Positions 1 through 13,227 of a DNA stretch of 64,000 bases are shown in pieces. The notes below the pieces were generated by a model, which was not told the origin of the DNA, did not search any database, and saw only the letters and a list, made by a program, of their open reading frames with translations. The stretch comes from Anthoceros angustus (Eukaryota; Plantae; Anthocerotophyta). Where the stretch lies: the NCBI GenBank assembly GCA_010909165.1, contig MU008177.1, positions 1,054,001 through 1,118,000 on the forward strand. Reading direction: 5' to 3'. A program made the position numbers and the translations under genes. How positions within the stretch are numbered: the first letter of the stretch is position 1; each line of letters starts with the position of its first letter.

Positions 1-185
1 GTTTCACGCTTTTGAGAAGCAAGAAAACATCCAGTCGATTTGATCATGCGTATGACCAACCAAAAGAAATCCCACTTTCCTTTTTTCAAAAGTACCCATA
101 TCAACAAGCATGTTCGGATATGCAAAAGCGTTTGGTTCTTGTCTCCATGTGTGTTGTCTATGCAAATACAAAACTCTTGGCAGAC
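1..185 (-). pseudogene. Sola-like/DUF7869-type transposase remnant (window-edge copy)
   Basis: Near-identical to 4627-4805 and 5865-6050, which encode VDMGTFEKGKVGFLLVGHTHDQID on the minus strand. Confidence 0.5.
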
Positions 186-1498
186 AACATATACGCTTGG
201 CCTTGGTTGCAAATCCTCATTTTCACGCCCACTAAACAAACATGGAGATTCAACACCACTATGTTAGAGATGTGGTGGAGCATGGAGTTGTGCAAGTAGG
301 CTATGTGCACACGATGAGAATAGCTGCGATGTGTTGACCAAGGGCTTGGCAAGCTATAGACACTACAAGCACCTATCAAGCTTAGGCCTAGATGACTACA
401 CAAAGTATTTTGATGGTAAGTAACTTATCCGGTGGTGGTTGGGTGGGCAGAACCCAAAGGTTTACTCGAGAAGTCATCAGTGGTTGTACTCTCACACCGA
501 GGGTATAGGTGGAGCCGCACATAACCGGTGACTAGGGTTTACATCGTGTGTCATGTCGGTCCAAGCTACAAAGGAGATAAACTGTGCGGGAGGATGAAGC
601 TCACCATAGGATCTAATCTCCCCGTAGCACGGCATCCATCTTACAATCGTGAGGCTTGCAGTCATGCTCAATCTTGACAAGGCGTTACGCCGGCAGCTAG
701 ATGCTCCACCAAGAATTTCGGTCCCATGGCCACTTTTAACTTGGCGCCTAGGACGTGGGAGATGCGTTCTTGAGTATGCCGATTCCTGGAGTCTCTTGCT
801 CTTCCCGACTACTCACTGCACCCCGGTAAGGAATATGGTTAGCGATGGAAGCTTCTCACACTTGCACCAAGTTCCAGCTGTGAGGCACGGTGTGCCCGGG
901 AGGCGACTATGCGCTAACGGTTGCCTTTTAGTTTGAGGCTTCTTCCCCCTCTTCCCTTTGATACACCTCGTAGCACTCATAGCTAGCGCCTCCCTAGTCT
1001 TCATGGCTTTATCCCCGTGCATGCATGCGGTGGTCGAGAATGTAAACGCAGCAAGGGCTTAGGGCAAGATGTGGCGAAAAACACGAGTGCGAGTGCGAGA
1101 GTGTTTATGGTGGGGACTTCTGGCGAGGGCAGGCGTCTTTGAGGCTGGCGGTGAGCTCTCGTTTGAACCAAGATGCAGCGGCCTCTGACACGGGCCCCTG
1201 GCCGCAAGTGTGCCCTTCTCGCTCCTACTCGCTTCAAGGATGAGCTGCATGGGAGCAGCACTGGCTCTTCAAGGCATCCGAGACGGCACAGTGGGACGTA
1301 ACGTGTTCACGATAGTTTGAACACTTAGCCTAAGCTTTCCTTTAGAGGAGTGTTAAATATGAAAGGGTACAAGTTAGGGTCACTTATATGAATTGTCATT
1401 AAGGTTATGTATATAAAGCAGAGACATAAACAATTTTGTTTAATTGCTTTCAATTATTGCAAGTTGCTTTTTGTGTTTTCTCCTCGCTCCTTTGGACA
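184..1498 (+). mobile_element. Ty1/Copia 3' fragment (RNase H C-terminus, 3' region, PPT, LTR-like from 1351)
   Basis: Encodes ANPHFH..TKHMEIQHHYVRDVVEHGVVQVGYVHT..LTKGL, ending at the TAA near 421. The purine tract agaggag is followed by tgttaaatatgaaaggg at 1351. Homologous to 49.6-50.8 kb. The LTR right end is approximate. Confidence 0.85.
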
Positions 1499-2917
1499 AG
1501 AGTTTCACAAGCTTGAACACCTTTTATGCATCAAGTGTGTGATCATTGGCCCAAGGAAAGTTTTCATCCCACAACAAGAGGGAGAAACCCAGGATATTCG
1601 TAGCTTGAAGGGCGAAAAACACGGTCGCGAGAGTGCGAGAGTGTTTATGGTGGGGACTTTACCGAGCAGCGTGCCGGGAGTCGGGTGAGCTCTTCTCGCT
1701 TGCGAACCAAGACAGGCCGGCCTCGACGGGCCCCTGCGCCGCAAGTGTGCCCTTCATCGCTCCTACCGCTTCAAGGATGAGCCGTGGAGCAAACTGCTTC
1801 AAGGCATCCAGTGACTATAAGTACACTGCATGGGACGAATGTTTCACGATGGTTTGAACACACTTAGCCCAACGTAGCTTTCCTTTAGAGGAGTGTTAAA
1901 TATGAAAGCACAAATTAGTTAGGGTCACTTATATGAATTGTCATTAAGGTTATGTATATAAAGAGACATAAACAATTTTGTTTAATTGCTTTCAATTATT
2001 GCAGTTGCTTTTTGTGTTTTCTCCTCGCTCCCTTTGGACAAGAGTTTTCATGCTTGAACACCTTTTATGCATCAAGTGTGTGATCATTGGCCCAAGGAAA
2101 GTTTTCATCCCACAACAAGAGGGAGAAACCCACAGATATTCAGAGTTGAAGGCATGGCTTAGCCACTTGCATAGGGAAAAGGGGCGGTTTGCCACAGTTA
2201 TCCTAGGGCCTTTTACTAGCTCTTTGTTTAAGAATGTGGGTGTTGGAGTGGGATGAGCGCACCTCGTAATGTTGGTACTTTCTCAATGACAATGTGGGCA
2301 AAGTACAAGTTGATGAATACTTCCTTTGTGTGAAACTATGTGAGGCATGATATTAAAACTGTGTTGTTCCCCCCCAATCCAATTAGCTAACCAAGCCAAC
2401 TTGTCAATCACCTCAATCCAAAGCTTCGCCATAGGTAAGACGATTCCAATCCACCAATGCAAAGAAGTTCAAGAATGGAATGTCATGAATATGACAACAA
2501 TGAGTAATCTATAACTCTATCACTTGAATCAACCATGAGCTTATCCGGATTGTTGTTGCTCTTAAGGCCAAGAGTCGCGCTCTTGCAATGTTCCGCCTAA
2601 CCTGGAGTCAGATTCCAACCCTTTTACTGGAATTATCCTTGACAAAATTCCTCTCAACAAGGGGATGGTTGTTGTACAAAATAACTTGTTGAAATGTGAG
2701 CAAGTGCACCAACAAGCTTCAAGAAACTTGCATAAGGTGTGGATGTGATGGCTATCCTTGTTGATAACATCAACAATCTAAGGAAGACCTTAGATTGCTT
2801 TACATTTGTAGCCATGGTGGCCACCGTTTATCGTATTGATTGATCATTGTCGTCCTCAAGAGTCGCCTCCTCTCTCGATGAGCTGCCATGCCTTAATTGA
2901 GTTTGTCGGCTTGTTGA

Positions 2918-3000
2918 CATGCATACATATGCACATACATACCTACATACATGTGCACATACATACATGCACTCTTGTACATACATACGCACATACACAC
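2918..3000. repeat. (CATA/CACA)n-like microsatellite within the tandem unit
   Basis: catgcatacatatgcacatacatacctacatacatgtgcacatacatac...; also present at ~8250-8332 and ~12327-12409. Confidence 0.85.
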
Positions 3001-3559
3001 CTTCATGCAGTTATCCCATCCATGGCATGCCACACATTCAAATACAAGTCTTATGACCTACTTTAGAAAACATCACCCTACGTGCCATGACACAATCCCT
3101 TTGGTCAATCGCTTTGCCTAGAGAACTCCTAATCGCTTTGAGGGAGCCAAAGCCGTTGAACTGCAGATTTTGGAGATAGGCATACTGGGCAAGGATGGAG
3201 AACGAGCTACCTCAAAAGTAAACGATGTGTTGACCGGTAGGCTGAAAGCATGTCGCTTGTAAGAGAAATTGTGGGCGCTGACGATCGAGTCCACTCCCGG
3301 AAATGGCCTTGAGGAAAGATGAGCGCCTCTTGGCGAGGTCTTGAGAAGGAAGGAAGAGGTCGTGAAGGAGAGTGTTCGCCTCTCCTTCCTTCCATAGAAG
3401 CATGAAGTCTACAAGGATACAAAGAATGTGCACAACCAAAATCCTATCATGGGCTTACTTTTTAAGACATATGTGTCCCCCGAAATGTGCACTCCAAACT
3501 ACAGGATTTGAGGTACACGCATAGCCTCCCCAATTGCCCCTGGAAGATGACCTAACATT

Positions 3560-4805
3560 CAGAGGGTTTTCTACTCCTCGCCAGACTCCACGCCATCATC
3601 TTCACTGGGCCCGGCATCATGACCATCATCTTCACTGTCCTCAGTGGCACTTTGACTCGCTGGTTGAATGAAGCCTCGCAATTCAATTAACTTCTCTTTG
3701 ATTGCCTTCTTATCTACAACGTACAAGTGTTTCCTCCGTAGTCAAGTGAACCCATAATAGAGGATGACCGTTTGGTGAACAAAACCTTTTGGATATTTTT
3801 TCGATGGATAGTCTTCGCTCCCCTTTTCCCGTGTTACTACGGCTTTGTGGTATCCTCTAATTAAATATTCTTCTTCCTTCAGCAATGCATACGCGTATTC
3901 GATTCGCACAAATGAACAAGGAAGTGAGGTCAGGCGCATGTAATTGAAGCGGGCTTCCCAATCCAAAAGGGTCTATTATGCGTTATGCATGTCCATGAGG
4001 CACAACAAACATCCACTCTTTATTTCCGCGATATCACCATTCCACCGTACCATTTCTTGTTGTTGCCTTCCCGAGGTTTTGGTATGCTCCCAAATACATA
4101 TCTCGTTGTGGGAGGTCCCTTAGCAATGCCTCCTCCATCACATCTAGAACATGGAGAGGTTGTTCCATCCACTTCCGATCTTGAGTACCACTTCCAAGGA
4201 CTTTGTAGCACAAGGCCAATGTTGTTTTGCAATAGTCTTGACAATCTCCTCTTGGTCCAACTGAGCTTCCCACCATAATAACATGTGATGTCACATAAGG
4301 CCTAAGTTCAAGACCATCCTTTAGGGTTATAGTGTCAAGGCACAAATTTCGAGAAACTCAAACCCCTTCCGTTTTCCATTGTGGCGGTCGAATCGCTTGC
4401 TCGATAATCACAAACCCGCGGTTCGCTTCCTCCTCATGTGTTATTTTAAAGCTGGTCTTTGGAGCGATAAGTTGTTCAATCTCTTCCGTCCCATAAGTGA
4501 GTCCTCTCGGCCTTGTCTAATAGGCTACACATATGACCTAAGTCTGCGACTTTACCTTTACCTCGGTGAAGGAGTGTACGCATGCATCAAGATCTCGACA
4601 ATGCGGGCGGTGTGAGCTTCTTTATGTTTCATGCTTTTGGAGAAGCAAGAAAACATCGATTTGATCATGCGTATGACCAACCAAAAGAAATCCCACTTTC
4701 CCTTTTTCAAAAGTACCCATATCAACAAGCATGTTCGGATATGCAAGCAGCTGGTTCTTGTCTCCATGCATGTGTTGTCCAAGAAATACAAAACTCTTGG
4801 CGACA
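3560..4805 (-). pseudogene. Sola-like/DUF7869-type DDD transposase remnant
   Basis: Joined frames give PRVLY.LDNTCM..KNQ..AY.NMLVDMGTFEK.KVGFLLVGHTHDQIDQMFS, matching the DN..ENKN and GHTH.D.DQ.FS motifs. A C-terminal GMFVAV...RPFWIGK segment follows. Many frameshifts; the superfamily assignment rests on motif recall only. Confidence 0.6.
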
Positions 4806-5031
4806 ACATATGCGCTTGGCTCTAATTTGCAAATCCTCATTTTCACGCACTAAACACATGGAGATTCAACACCACTATGTTAGAGATGTGGTGGAGCATG
4901 GAGTTGTGCAAGTAGGCTATGTGCACACGATGAGAATGTTGCGATGTGTTGACCAAGGGCTTGGCAAAGCATAGACACTACAAGCACCTATCAAGCTTAG
5001 GCCTAGATGACTACACAAAGTATTTTGATGG
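4801..5031 (+). mobile_element. Copia RNase H C-terminal fragment (truncated copy)
   Basis: Encodes RTKHMEIQHHYVRDVVEHGVVQVGYVHT. At tattttgatgg it switches into transposase sequence. Confidence 0.85.
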
Positions 5032-6052
5032 ATAGTCTTCGCCCCTTTTCCCGTGTTACTCGCGCTTTGTGGTATCCTCTAATTAAATATTCTTCTACGT
5101 ACCTTCCTTCGTGACGACCGTGTGTTCGTCTGCATAAATGAACAAGGAAGTGAGGTGTATGCGCAATTGAAATGAAGAGCTTCCCAATCCAAAAGGGTCT
5201 ATTATGCGTGTCGTGTCCGCGGAACGCAACAAACATCCTCGTTTTTATTTCCGCGATATCACCATTCCACCGTGCCATTTCTTGTTGTTGCCTTCCTGTG
5301 TTTTGGTATGCTCCCAAATACATATCTCGTTGTGGGAGGTCCTTAGCAATGCCTCCTCCAAGATCGCCACATCTAGAACATGGAGAGGTTTGTTCCATCC
5401 ACTTCCGATCTTGAGTACCACTTCCAAGGACTTTGTAGCACAAGGCCAATGTTGTTTTGCACAATAACAAAGAATCTCCTCTTGGTCCAACCGTAAAGCT
5501 TCCCACCATAATAACTTATGTGATGTCACATAAGGCCTAAGTTCAAAGACCATCCTTTAGGGTTATAGTGTCAAGGCACAAATTTCGTAAACTCCAAACC
5601 CCTTCCGCTTCCATTGTGGCGAGGTCGAATCGCTTGCTCGATAATCACAAACCCGCGGTTCGCTTCCTCCTCATGTGTTATTTTAAATCAGCCGGAACGA
5701 TAAGTTGTTCAATCTCTTCCGTCCCATAAGTGAGTCCTCTCGCCTTGTCTAATAGGCTACACATATGACCTAAGTCCGCGATTTCAGTCAATACCTTTAC
5801 CTCTGGTGAAGGAGTGTACGCATGCATCAAGATCTCGACAATGCGTGGTGTGAGCTTCTTTATGTTTCATGCTTTTGGAGAAGCAAGAAAACATCTGGTC
5901 GATTTGATCATGCGTATGACCAACCAAAAGAAATCCCACTTTCCCTTTTTCAAAAGTACCCATATCAACAAGCATGTTCAGATATGCAAAAGCAAATGGT
6001 TCTTGTCTCCATGCATGTGTTGTCTAGTCAAAATACAAAACTCTTGGCGATA
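5031..6052 (-). pseudogene. Sola-like/DUF7869-type transposase remnant (duplicated copy)
   Basis: ORF 5784-5975 reads MLVDMGTFEKGKVGFLLVGHTHDQIDQMFSCFSK; ORF 5003-5509 contains NRPFWIGKL. Confidence 0.6.
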
Positions 6053-7370
6053 ACATGTCCGCTTTGGCCTTGGTTGCAAATCCTCATTTTCACGCACTAA
6101 ACACATGGAGATTCAACACCACTATGTTAGAGATGTGGTGGAGCATGGAGTTGTGCAAGTAGGCTATGTGCACACGATGAGAATGTTGCGATGTGTTGAC
6201 CAAGGGCTTGGCAAAGCATAGACACTACAAGCACCTATCAAGCTTAGCCTAGATGACTACACAAAGTATTTTGATGGTAAGTAACTTATCCGGTGGTGGT
6301 TGGTGGGCAGAACCCAAAGGTTTCGAGGAAGTCACTGTGGTTGTACTCTCACACCGAGGGTATAGTGGAGCCGCACATGCCAACCGCACTAGGTCGACAT
6401 CGTGGCCGCGTCGGCCAAGCTACAAAGGAGATAAACTGCGGCCGCTGGGAGGATGAAGCTCACCATAGGATCTAATCTCCCTGTAGCACGGTATCCATCT
6501 TACACTGTAGGCTTCGTGTGCTGCGGCTCAATCTTCTGACAAGGGCGTTTTGCCAGCAGCTAGGAGATGCTCCAGCTCAGCAATTCTGTCCATGGCCACT
6601 TTTAACTTGGCAGCTAGGATGGGAGATGCGTTCTTGGAGTAGCTGATTTCCGCTAGAGTCTCTTGCTCTTCTGACTACTCAGCCCTCGCAATTCCTGGCA
6701 AGGGAATATGGTTAGCAGTGGTGAAGCTACTCACACTTGCCACCACCGCTTCCAAAGGTGAGGCACGGTGTGCCTGAGGCGACTATGCGCTCGACGGTTG
6801 CCTTTTGGTTTGAGGCTTCCTTCCCCTCTTCCCTTTGATACACCTCGAGCACTCATAGCTAGCGCCTCCTAGTCTTCATGGCTTTATCCTGCATGACAGA
6901 GTCGAGAATGTAAACGCAGCAAGGGCTTAGGGCAGAATGGCGAAAAACAAGCGAGAGTGCGAGAGTGTTTATGGTGGGGACTTTACCGAGGACAGCGTGG
7001 CCGGGAGCCGGGCGGCCGAGCTCTTCTCGCTTAGAACCAAGACAGAGCGGCCACAGCCGACGGCCCTCGGCCGCAAGTGTGCCCTTCTCGCCTCCTACTG
7101 CTTCAAGGATGAGCTGCGGGCAGCACTGGCTCTTCAAGGCATCCAGGACATATACCGCAGACGTGACGTGTTCACGATAGTTTGAACACACTTAGCCTAA
7201 CGTAGCTTTCCTTTAGAGGAGTGTTAAATATGAAAGGGTACACTAGTTAGGGTCACTTATATGAATTGTCATTAAGGTTATGTATATAAACAGAGACATA
7301 AACAATTTTGTTTAATTGCTTTCAATTATTGCAAGTTGCTTTTGTGTTTTTCTCCTCGCTCCCTTTGGAC
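6049..7370 (+). mobile_element. Ty1/Copia 3' fragment with PPT and LTR-like segment (from 7222)
   Basis: Same RNase H end, 3' region and agaggag|tgttaaat junction as 184-1498. Confidence 0.85.
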
Positions 7371-8899
7371 AAGAGTTTCACAAGCTTGAACACCTTTTAT
7401 GCATCAAGTGTGTGATCATTGGCCCAAGGAAAGTTTTCATCCCACAACAAGAGGGAGAAACCCACGATATTCAGAGTTTTGAAGGTATGGCTTAGCCACT
7501 TGCATAGGGAAAAGGCAGGGCGGTTTGCCATAGGTTATCCTAGGGCCTTTTACTAGCTCTTTGTTTAAGAACAGGGGTGTTGGAGTGGGATGAGCGCACC
7601 TCAGAATGTTGGTACTTTCTCAATGACAATGTAGGCAAAGTACAAGTTGATGAATACTTCCTTTGTGTGAAACTATGTGAGGCATGATATTAAAACTTGT
7701 GTTGTTCCCCGCCCCCCAATCCAATTAGCTAACCAAGCCAACTTGTCAATCACCTCAATCCAAAGCTTCGCCATAGGTAAGACGTATTCCAATCCACAAT
7801 GCAAAGAAGTTCAAGAATGGAATGTCATGAATATGACAACAATGAGTAATCTATAACTCTATCACTTGAATCAACCATGAGCTTATCGATTGCGTTGTCT
7901 TAGGCGCGCTCTTCTTGCAATGTTCCGCCTAAATCAGGAGTCGATTCCAACTCATCGTCTGGAATTATCCTTGACAAAATTCTCCTCAACAAGGGATGGT
8001 TGTTGTACAAAATAACTTGTTGAAATGTGAGCAAGTGCACCAACAAGCTTCAAGAAACTTGCATAAGGTGTGGATCGATGGCTATCCTTGTTGATAACAT
8101 CAACAATCTAAGGAAGACCTTAGATTGCTTTACATTTGTAGCCATGGTGGCGACGCTATCGCTAGCATTGATTGTGTCATTGCCGCTCCTCAAGAGTCGC
8201 CTCCTCTCGGCGAGCTGCCATGCCTTAATTGAGTTTGTTTGCTTGTTGACATGCATACATATGCACATACATACCTACATACATGTGCACATACATACAT
8301 GCACTCTTGTACATACATACGCACATACACACCTTCATTATGCAGTTATCCCATCCATGGCATGCCACACATTCAAATACAAGTCTTATGACCTACTTTA
8401 GAAAACATCACTCCTACGTGCTATGACACAATCCCTTTGGTCAATCGCCTTTGCCTAGGAGAACTCCTAATCGCTTGAGGGAGCCAAAGCCTGTTGAACT
8501 GCAGATTTTGGAGATAGGCATCTGGGGCAAGGATGGAGAACGAGCTACCTCAAAAGTAAACGATGTGTTGACCGGTAGGCGAAAGCATGTCGCTTGTAAG
8601 AGAAATCTGTGGGCTGGACGATCGAGTCCACTCCGGAAATGGCCTTGAGGAAAGATGAGCGCCTCTTGGCGAGGTCTTGAGAAGGAAGGAGAGGTCAGGA
8701 AGGAGAGCAGTGTTCTCGCTCTCCTTCCTTCCATAGAAGCATATGAAGTCTACACAAGGATACAAAGAATGTGCACAACCAAAATCCTATCATGGGCTTA
8801 CACTCTTTTAAGACATATGTGTCGCTCAAATGTGCACTCCAAACTACGTGATTTGAGGTACACGACAGCCTCCCCAATTGCCCCCGGAAGATGACCTAA

Positions 8900-10168
8900 C
8901 ATTCGAGGGTTTTCTACTCCTCGCCGACTCCACGCCATCATCTTCGCCGGGCCCGCAGATCATGACCATCATCTTCACCTCGGTGGCACTTTGACTCGTT
9001 GAATGAAGCCTCGCAATTCAATTAACTTCTCTTGATTGCCTTCTTATCTACAACGATAAGTGTTTCCGCCAGAAAGTTGAACCCATAATAGAGGATGACC
9101 GCTTGGTGAACAAAAACCTTTTGGATATTTTTTCGATGGATAGTCTTCGCCTCCTTTTCCCGTGTTACTCGCCGGCTTTGTGGTATCCTCTAATTAAATA
9201 TTCTTCTACGTACCTTCCTTCGTGACGCATCCGTGTGTTCGGCTGCATAAATGAACAAGGAAGTGAGGCGTGGCGCATGTAATTGAACAAAGAGAAGCTT
9301 CTAATCCAAAAGGGTCTGTTATGCATGTCTGTGTCCGCGGGAACTGCAACAAACATCCCTGTCTTTATTTCCGCGATATCACCATTCCACCGTGCCATTT
9401 CCTGTTGTTGCCTCCCTAGTGTTTGGTATGCTCCCAAATACATATCTCGTTGTGGGAGGTCCCTTAGCAATGCCTCCTCCAGCACTGCCACATCTGGAAC
9501 ATGGAGAGGTTGGGCTGTTCCATCCACTTCCGATCTTGAGTACCACTTCCAAGGATTCTGTAGCACAAGGCCAATGTTGTTTTGGACAATAACAACAATC
9601 TTCTCTTGGTCCAACCAGAAAGCTTCCCACCATAAAAACTCCTGTGATGTCACATAAGGCCTAAGTTCAAAGACCATCCTTTAGGGTTATAGTGCTCAAG
9701 GCACAAATTTCGTAAACTCCAAACCCCTTCCGTTTCCATTGTGGCGAGGTCGAATCATTTCTCGATAACTGGCTACAAAACTCATGTTCGCCTCCTCATG
9801 TGTTATTTTAAACGGCCGGAACGATAAGTTGTTCAATCTCTTCCGTCCCATAAGTGAGTCCTCTCGCCTTGTCTAATACCACACATATGACCTAAGTCTG
9901 CGACTCAATACCTTTACCGGTGAAGGAGTGTACGATGCATCAAGATCTCTCGACACGCGTGGTGTGAGCTTCTTTATGTTTCACGCTTTTGGAGAAGCAA
10001 GAAAACATCCGGTCGATTTGATCATGCGTATGACCAACCAAAAGAAATCCCACTTTCCCTTTTTCAAAAGTACCCATATCAACAAGCATGTTCAGGATAT
10101 GCAAAAGCAAATTGGTTCTTGTCTCCATGCATGTGTTGTCTAGTCAAATACAAAACTCTTGGCGACAA
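8900..10168 (-). pseudogene. Sola-like/DUF7869-type transposase remnant
   Basis: ORF 9940-10128 contains GFLLVGHTHDQIDRMFS; ORF 9165-9677 contains EIKTGMFVAVPADTD..RPFWI. Confidence 0.6.
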
Positions 10169-11422
10169 CATGTCCGCTTGGCCTTGGTTGCAAATCCTCA
10201 TTTTCACGCCCGCACTAAACACATGGAGATTCAACACCACTATGTTAGAGATGTGGTGGAGCATGGAGTTGTGCAAGTAGGCTATGTGCACACGATGAGA
10301 ATGTTGCAGTATGTGTTGACCAAGGGCTTGGCAAAGCATAGACACTACAAGCACCTATCAAGCTTAGGCCTAGATGACTACACAAAGTATTTTGATGGTA
10401 AGTAACTTATCCGTGGTGGTTGGGTGGGCAGAACCCAAAGGTTTCCGAGAAGTCACTGGTTGTACTCTTCACACCGAGGGTATAGTGAGCCGCACATGCC
10501 AATCGTGCACTCAGGTCGCATAATCGTGGCCGCGTCAAGCTACAAGGGAGATAAACTGCGGGAGGATGAAGCTCACCATAGGATCTAATCTCCAGCACGG
10601 TATCCATCATCAGTAGGCTCTGGTCATGCTGCTTCTCGACAAGGCGCTCGCCACACTAGGAGATGCTCCACGAATTCTCATCCATGGCCACTTTTAACTT
10701 GGCTAGGATGGGAGATGCGTTCTTGGAGTACTACTGGAGTCTCTTGCTCTTGACTACTACCTCGCAATTCTCGCAAGGAATATGGTTAGCGATGGTGAAG
10801 CTACTCACACTTGCCACCACCTGCTCAGTGTGAGGCACTCTGCAGTGGAGGGCTACTATGCGCCGACGGTTGCCTTTTTGGTTTGAGGCTTCCTTCCCCT
10901 CTTCCCTTTGATACACCTCGAGCACTCATAGCTAGCGCCTCCCTAGTCTTCATGGCTTTATCCTGCATGACAAGAGTCTAGAATGTAAACGCAAGGGCTT
11001 AGGGCAAGCGAAAACACGAGAGTGCGAGAGTGTTTATGGTGGGGACTTATACCGAGGAGGCGGGGAGTGGAGGCGAGCTCTTCTCGCTTATGAACCAAGA
11101 TGAGCTCTAACCGACGGCCCCTGGCAGTGTGCCCTTCATCGCTCCTACTGCTTCAAGGATGAGCTGTGGGGAGCTGGCTCTTCAAGGCATCCAGGACGAC
11201 AAGTACACAGATGGGACGAACGTGTTCACGATAGTTTGAACACACTTAGCCTAACGTAGCTTTCCTTTAGAGGAGTGTTAAATATGAAAGGGTAATTTAG
11301 TTAGGGTCACTTATATGAATTGTCATTAAGGTTATGTATATAACAGAGACATAAACAATTTTGTTTAATTGCTTTCAATTATTGCAAGTTGCTTTTGTGT
11401 TTTTCTCCTCGCTCCCTTTGGA
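10164..11422 (+). mobile_element. Ty1/Copia 3' fragment with PPT and LTR-like segment (from 11276)
   Basis: ORF 10088-10405 ends LALVANPHFHARTKHMEIQHHYVRDVVEHG...VLTKGLAKHRH..LGL, the canonical Copia RNase H end. Confidence 0.88.
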
Positions 11423-12792
11423 CAAGAGTTTCACAAGCTTGAACACCTTTTTATGCATCAAGTGTGTGATCATTGGCCCAAGGAAAGTTTTCATCCCACA
11501 ACAAGAGGGAGAAACCCATGATATTCGTAGCTTGAAGGTATGGCTTAGCCACTTGCATAGGGAAAAGGCGGTTTGCCATAGGTTATCCTAGGGCCTTTAC
11601 TAGCTCTTTGTTTAAGAACAGGGTGTTGGAGTGGGATGAGCGCACTTCTAATGTTGGTACTTTCTCAATGACAATGTAGGCAAAGTACAAGTTGATGAAT
11701 ACTTCCTTTGTGTGAAACTATGTGAGGCATGATATTAAAACTTGTGTTGTTCCCCCCCAATCCAATTAGCTAACCAAGCCAACTTGTCAATCACCTCAAT
11801 CCAAAGCTTCCGCCATAGGTAAGATTTATTCCAATCCAAACCAATGCAAGAAGTTCAAGAATGGAATGTCATGAATATGACAACAATGAGTAATCTATAA
11901 CTCTATCACTTGAATCAACCATGAGCTTATCTGGATTGCGTTGCTGCTCTTGCGTCAGCAACCTGCGCTCTTCTTGCAATGTTCCGCCTAAACTGTGAGC
12001 TGTATTCCAACCCTTTACTGTCTGGAATTATCCTTGACAAAATTCCTCTCAACAGTGGGATGGTTGATGTACAAAATAACTTGTTGAAATGTGAGCAAGT
12101 GCACCAACAAGCTTCAAGAAACTTGCATAAGGTGTGGGATCGGTATGGCTATCCTTGTTGATAAACATCAACAATCTAAGGAAGACCTTAGATTGCTTTA
12201 CATTTGTAGCCATGGTGGCCAGCCGTTGCTGTCGTTGTGCATTGATTGTGTCATTGCTGCTCCTCAAGAGTCGCTCCCTCCTCTCGATGAGCTGCCATGC
12301 CTTAATTGAGTTTGTCGGCTTGTTGACATGCATACATATGCACATACATACCTACATACATGTGCACATACATACATGCACTCTTGTACATACATACGCA
12401 CATACACACCTTCATTATGCAGGTTATCCCATCCATGGCATGCCACACATTCGAAATACAAGTCTTATGACCTACTTTAGAAACATCACTCCTACGTGCC
12501 ATGACACAATCCCTTTGGTCAATCGCATTTGCCTAGGAGAACTCCTAATCAGTTTGAGTGGAGCCAAAGCCCGTTGGAACTGCAGATTTTGGAGATAGGC
12601 ATACTGGGGCAAGGATGGAGAACGAGCTACCTCCAAAGTAAACGATGTGTTGACCGGTAGGCATGAAAGCATGTCGCTTGTAAGAGAAATTCAGGTGGGC
12701 GCTGGACGATCAGAGTCCACTCCGGAAATGGCCTTGAGGAAAGATGAGCAGTCTCTTGGCGGGCGAGGTCTTGAGAAGGAAGGAAGAGGTCA

Positions 12793-12823
12793 GGGAAGGA
12801 GAGCAGGTTCTGCTCTCCTTCCC
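12793..12823. other. Perfect hairpin (14-bp stem, 3-nt loop) at the tandem-array boundary
   Basis: gggaaggagagcag-gtt-ctgctctccttccc, embedded in a longer imperfect inverted repeat (~12763-12870). Confidence 0.85.
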
Positions 12824-13138
12824 TTCCGAACCTGCTCTCCTTCCCTTCCCTCTTCCTTCCCTCGACCTGCTATCGCGACTGAAAGGACAAGATTCTGAAG
12901 ACTCTCAAGTGGTAGCACAGGCGAAGCGGTCCAAGAAGGCCCTGAAGATAACCGACGGAGATGGTGACCTGGTTGGAACGAGGTCATCACAGGCAGAGAC
13001 GGTGACATATCTGGTGACATAAGTTTGCTGAGATGTTTCCTGTGCCGTTGATAGAAAAGACACAAGAGCTTTCCAAGTTTGTGATCAAGCCTAATGAGCC
13101 GTTGAGATCTGCTTACTTGAGGTCTGCTTACTTGAGGT

Positions 13139-13227
13139 CTGCTCGCTGGGGAACACCAACAACATGAGACCTGCTCGCTGGGGAACACCAACAACATGAG
13201 ACCTGCTCGCTGGGGAACACCAACAAC
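13139..13227. repeat. 32-bp minisatellite (2.8 copies)
   Basis: ctgctcgctggggaacaccaacaacatgagac starts at 13139, 13171 and 13203; it is preceded by a 16-bp tandem duplication. Confidence 0.9.

Larger units (their letters stand above)
1..12827. repeat. Tandem array of a ~4.1-kb chimeric unit (about 3 units in the window, plus two internal sub-duplications)
   Basis: The same landmarks recur, e.g. ttt(c/t)a(c/t)gcttttg(g)agaagcaagaaaacat at ~1, ~4627, ~5865 and ~9979. The unit junction ctccttccttcc|atagaagc lies at 3393/3394 and 8732/8733, and similarity ends at 12827. Extra internal duplications: ~1074-1610 repeated at ~1611-2150, and ~3806-5031 repeated at ~5031-6275. Confidence 0.93.
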
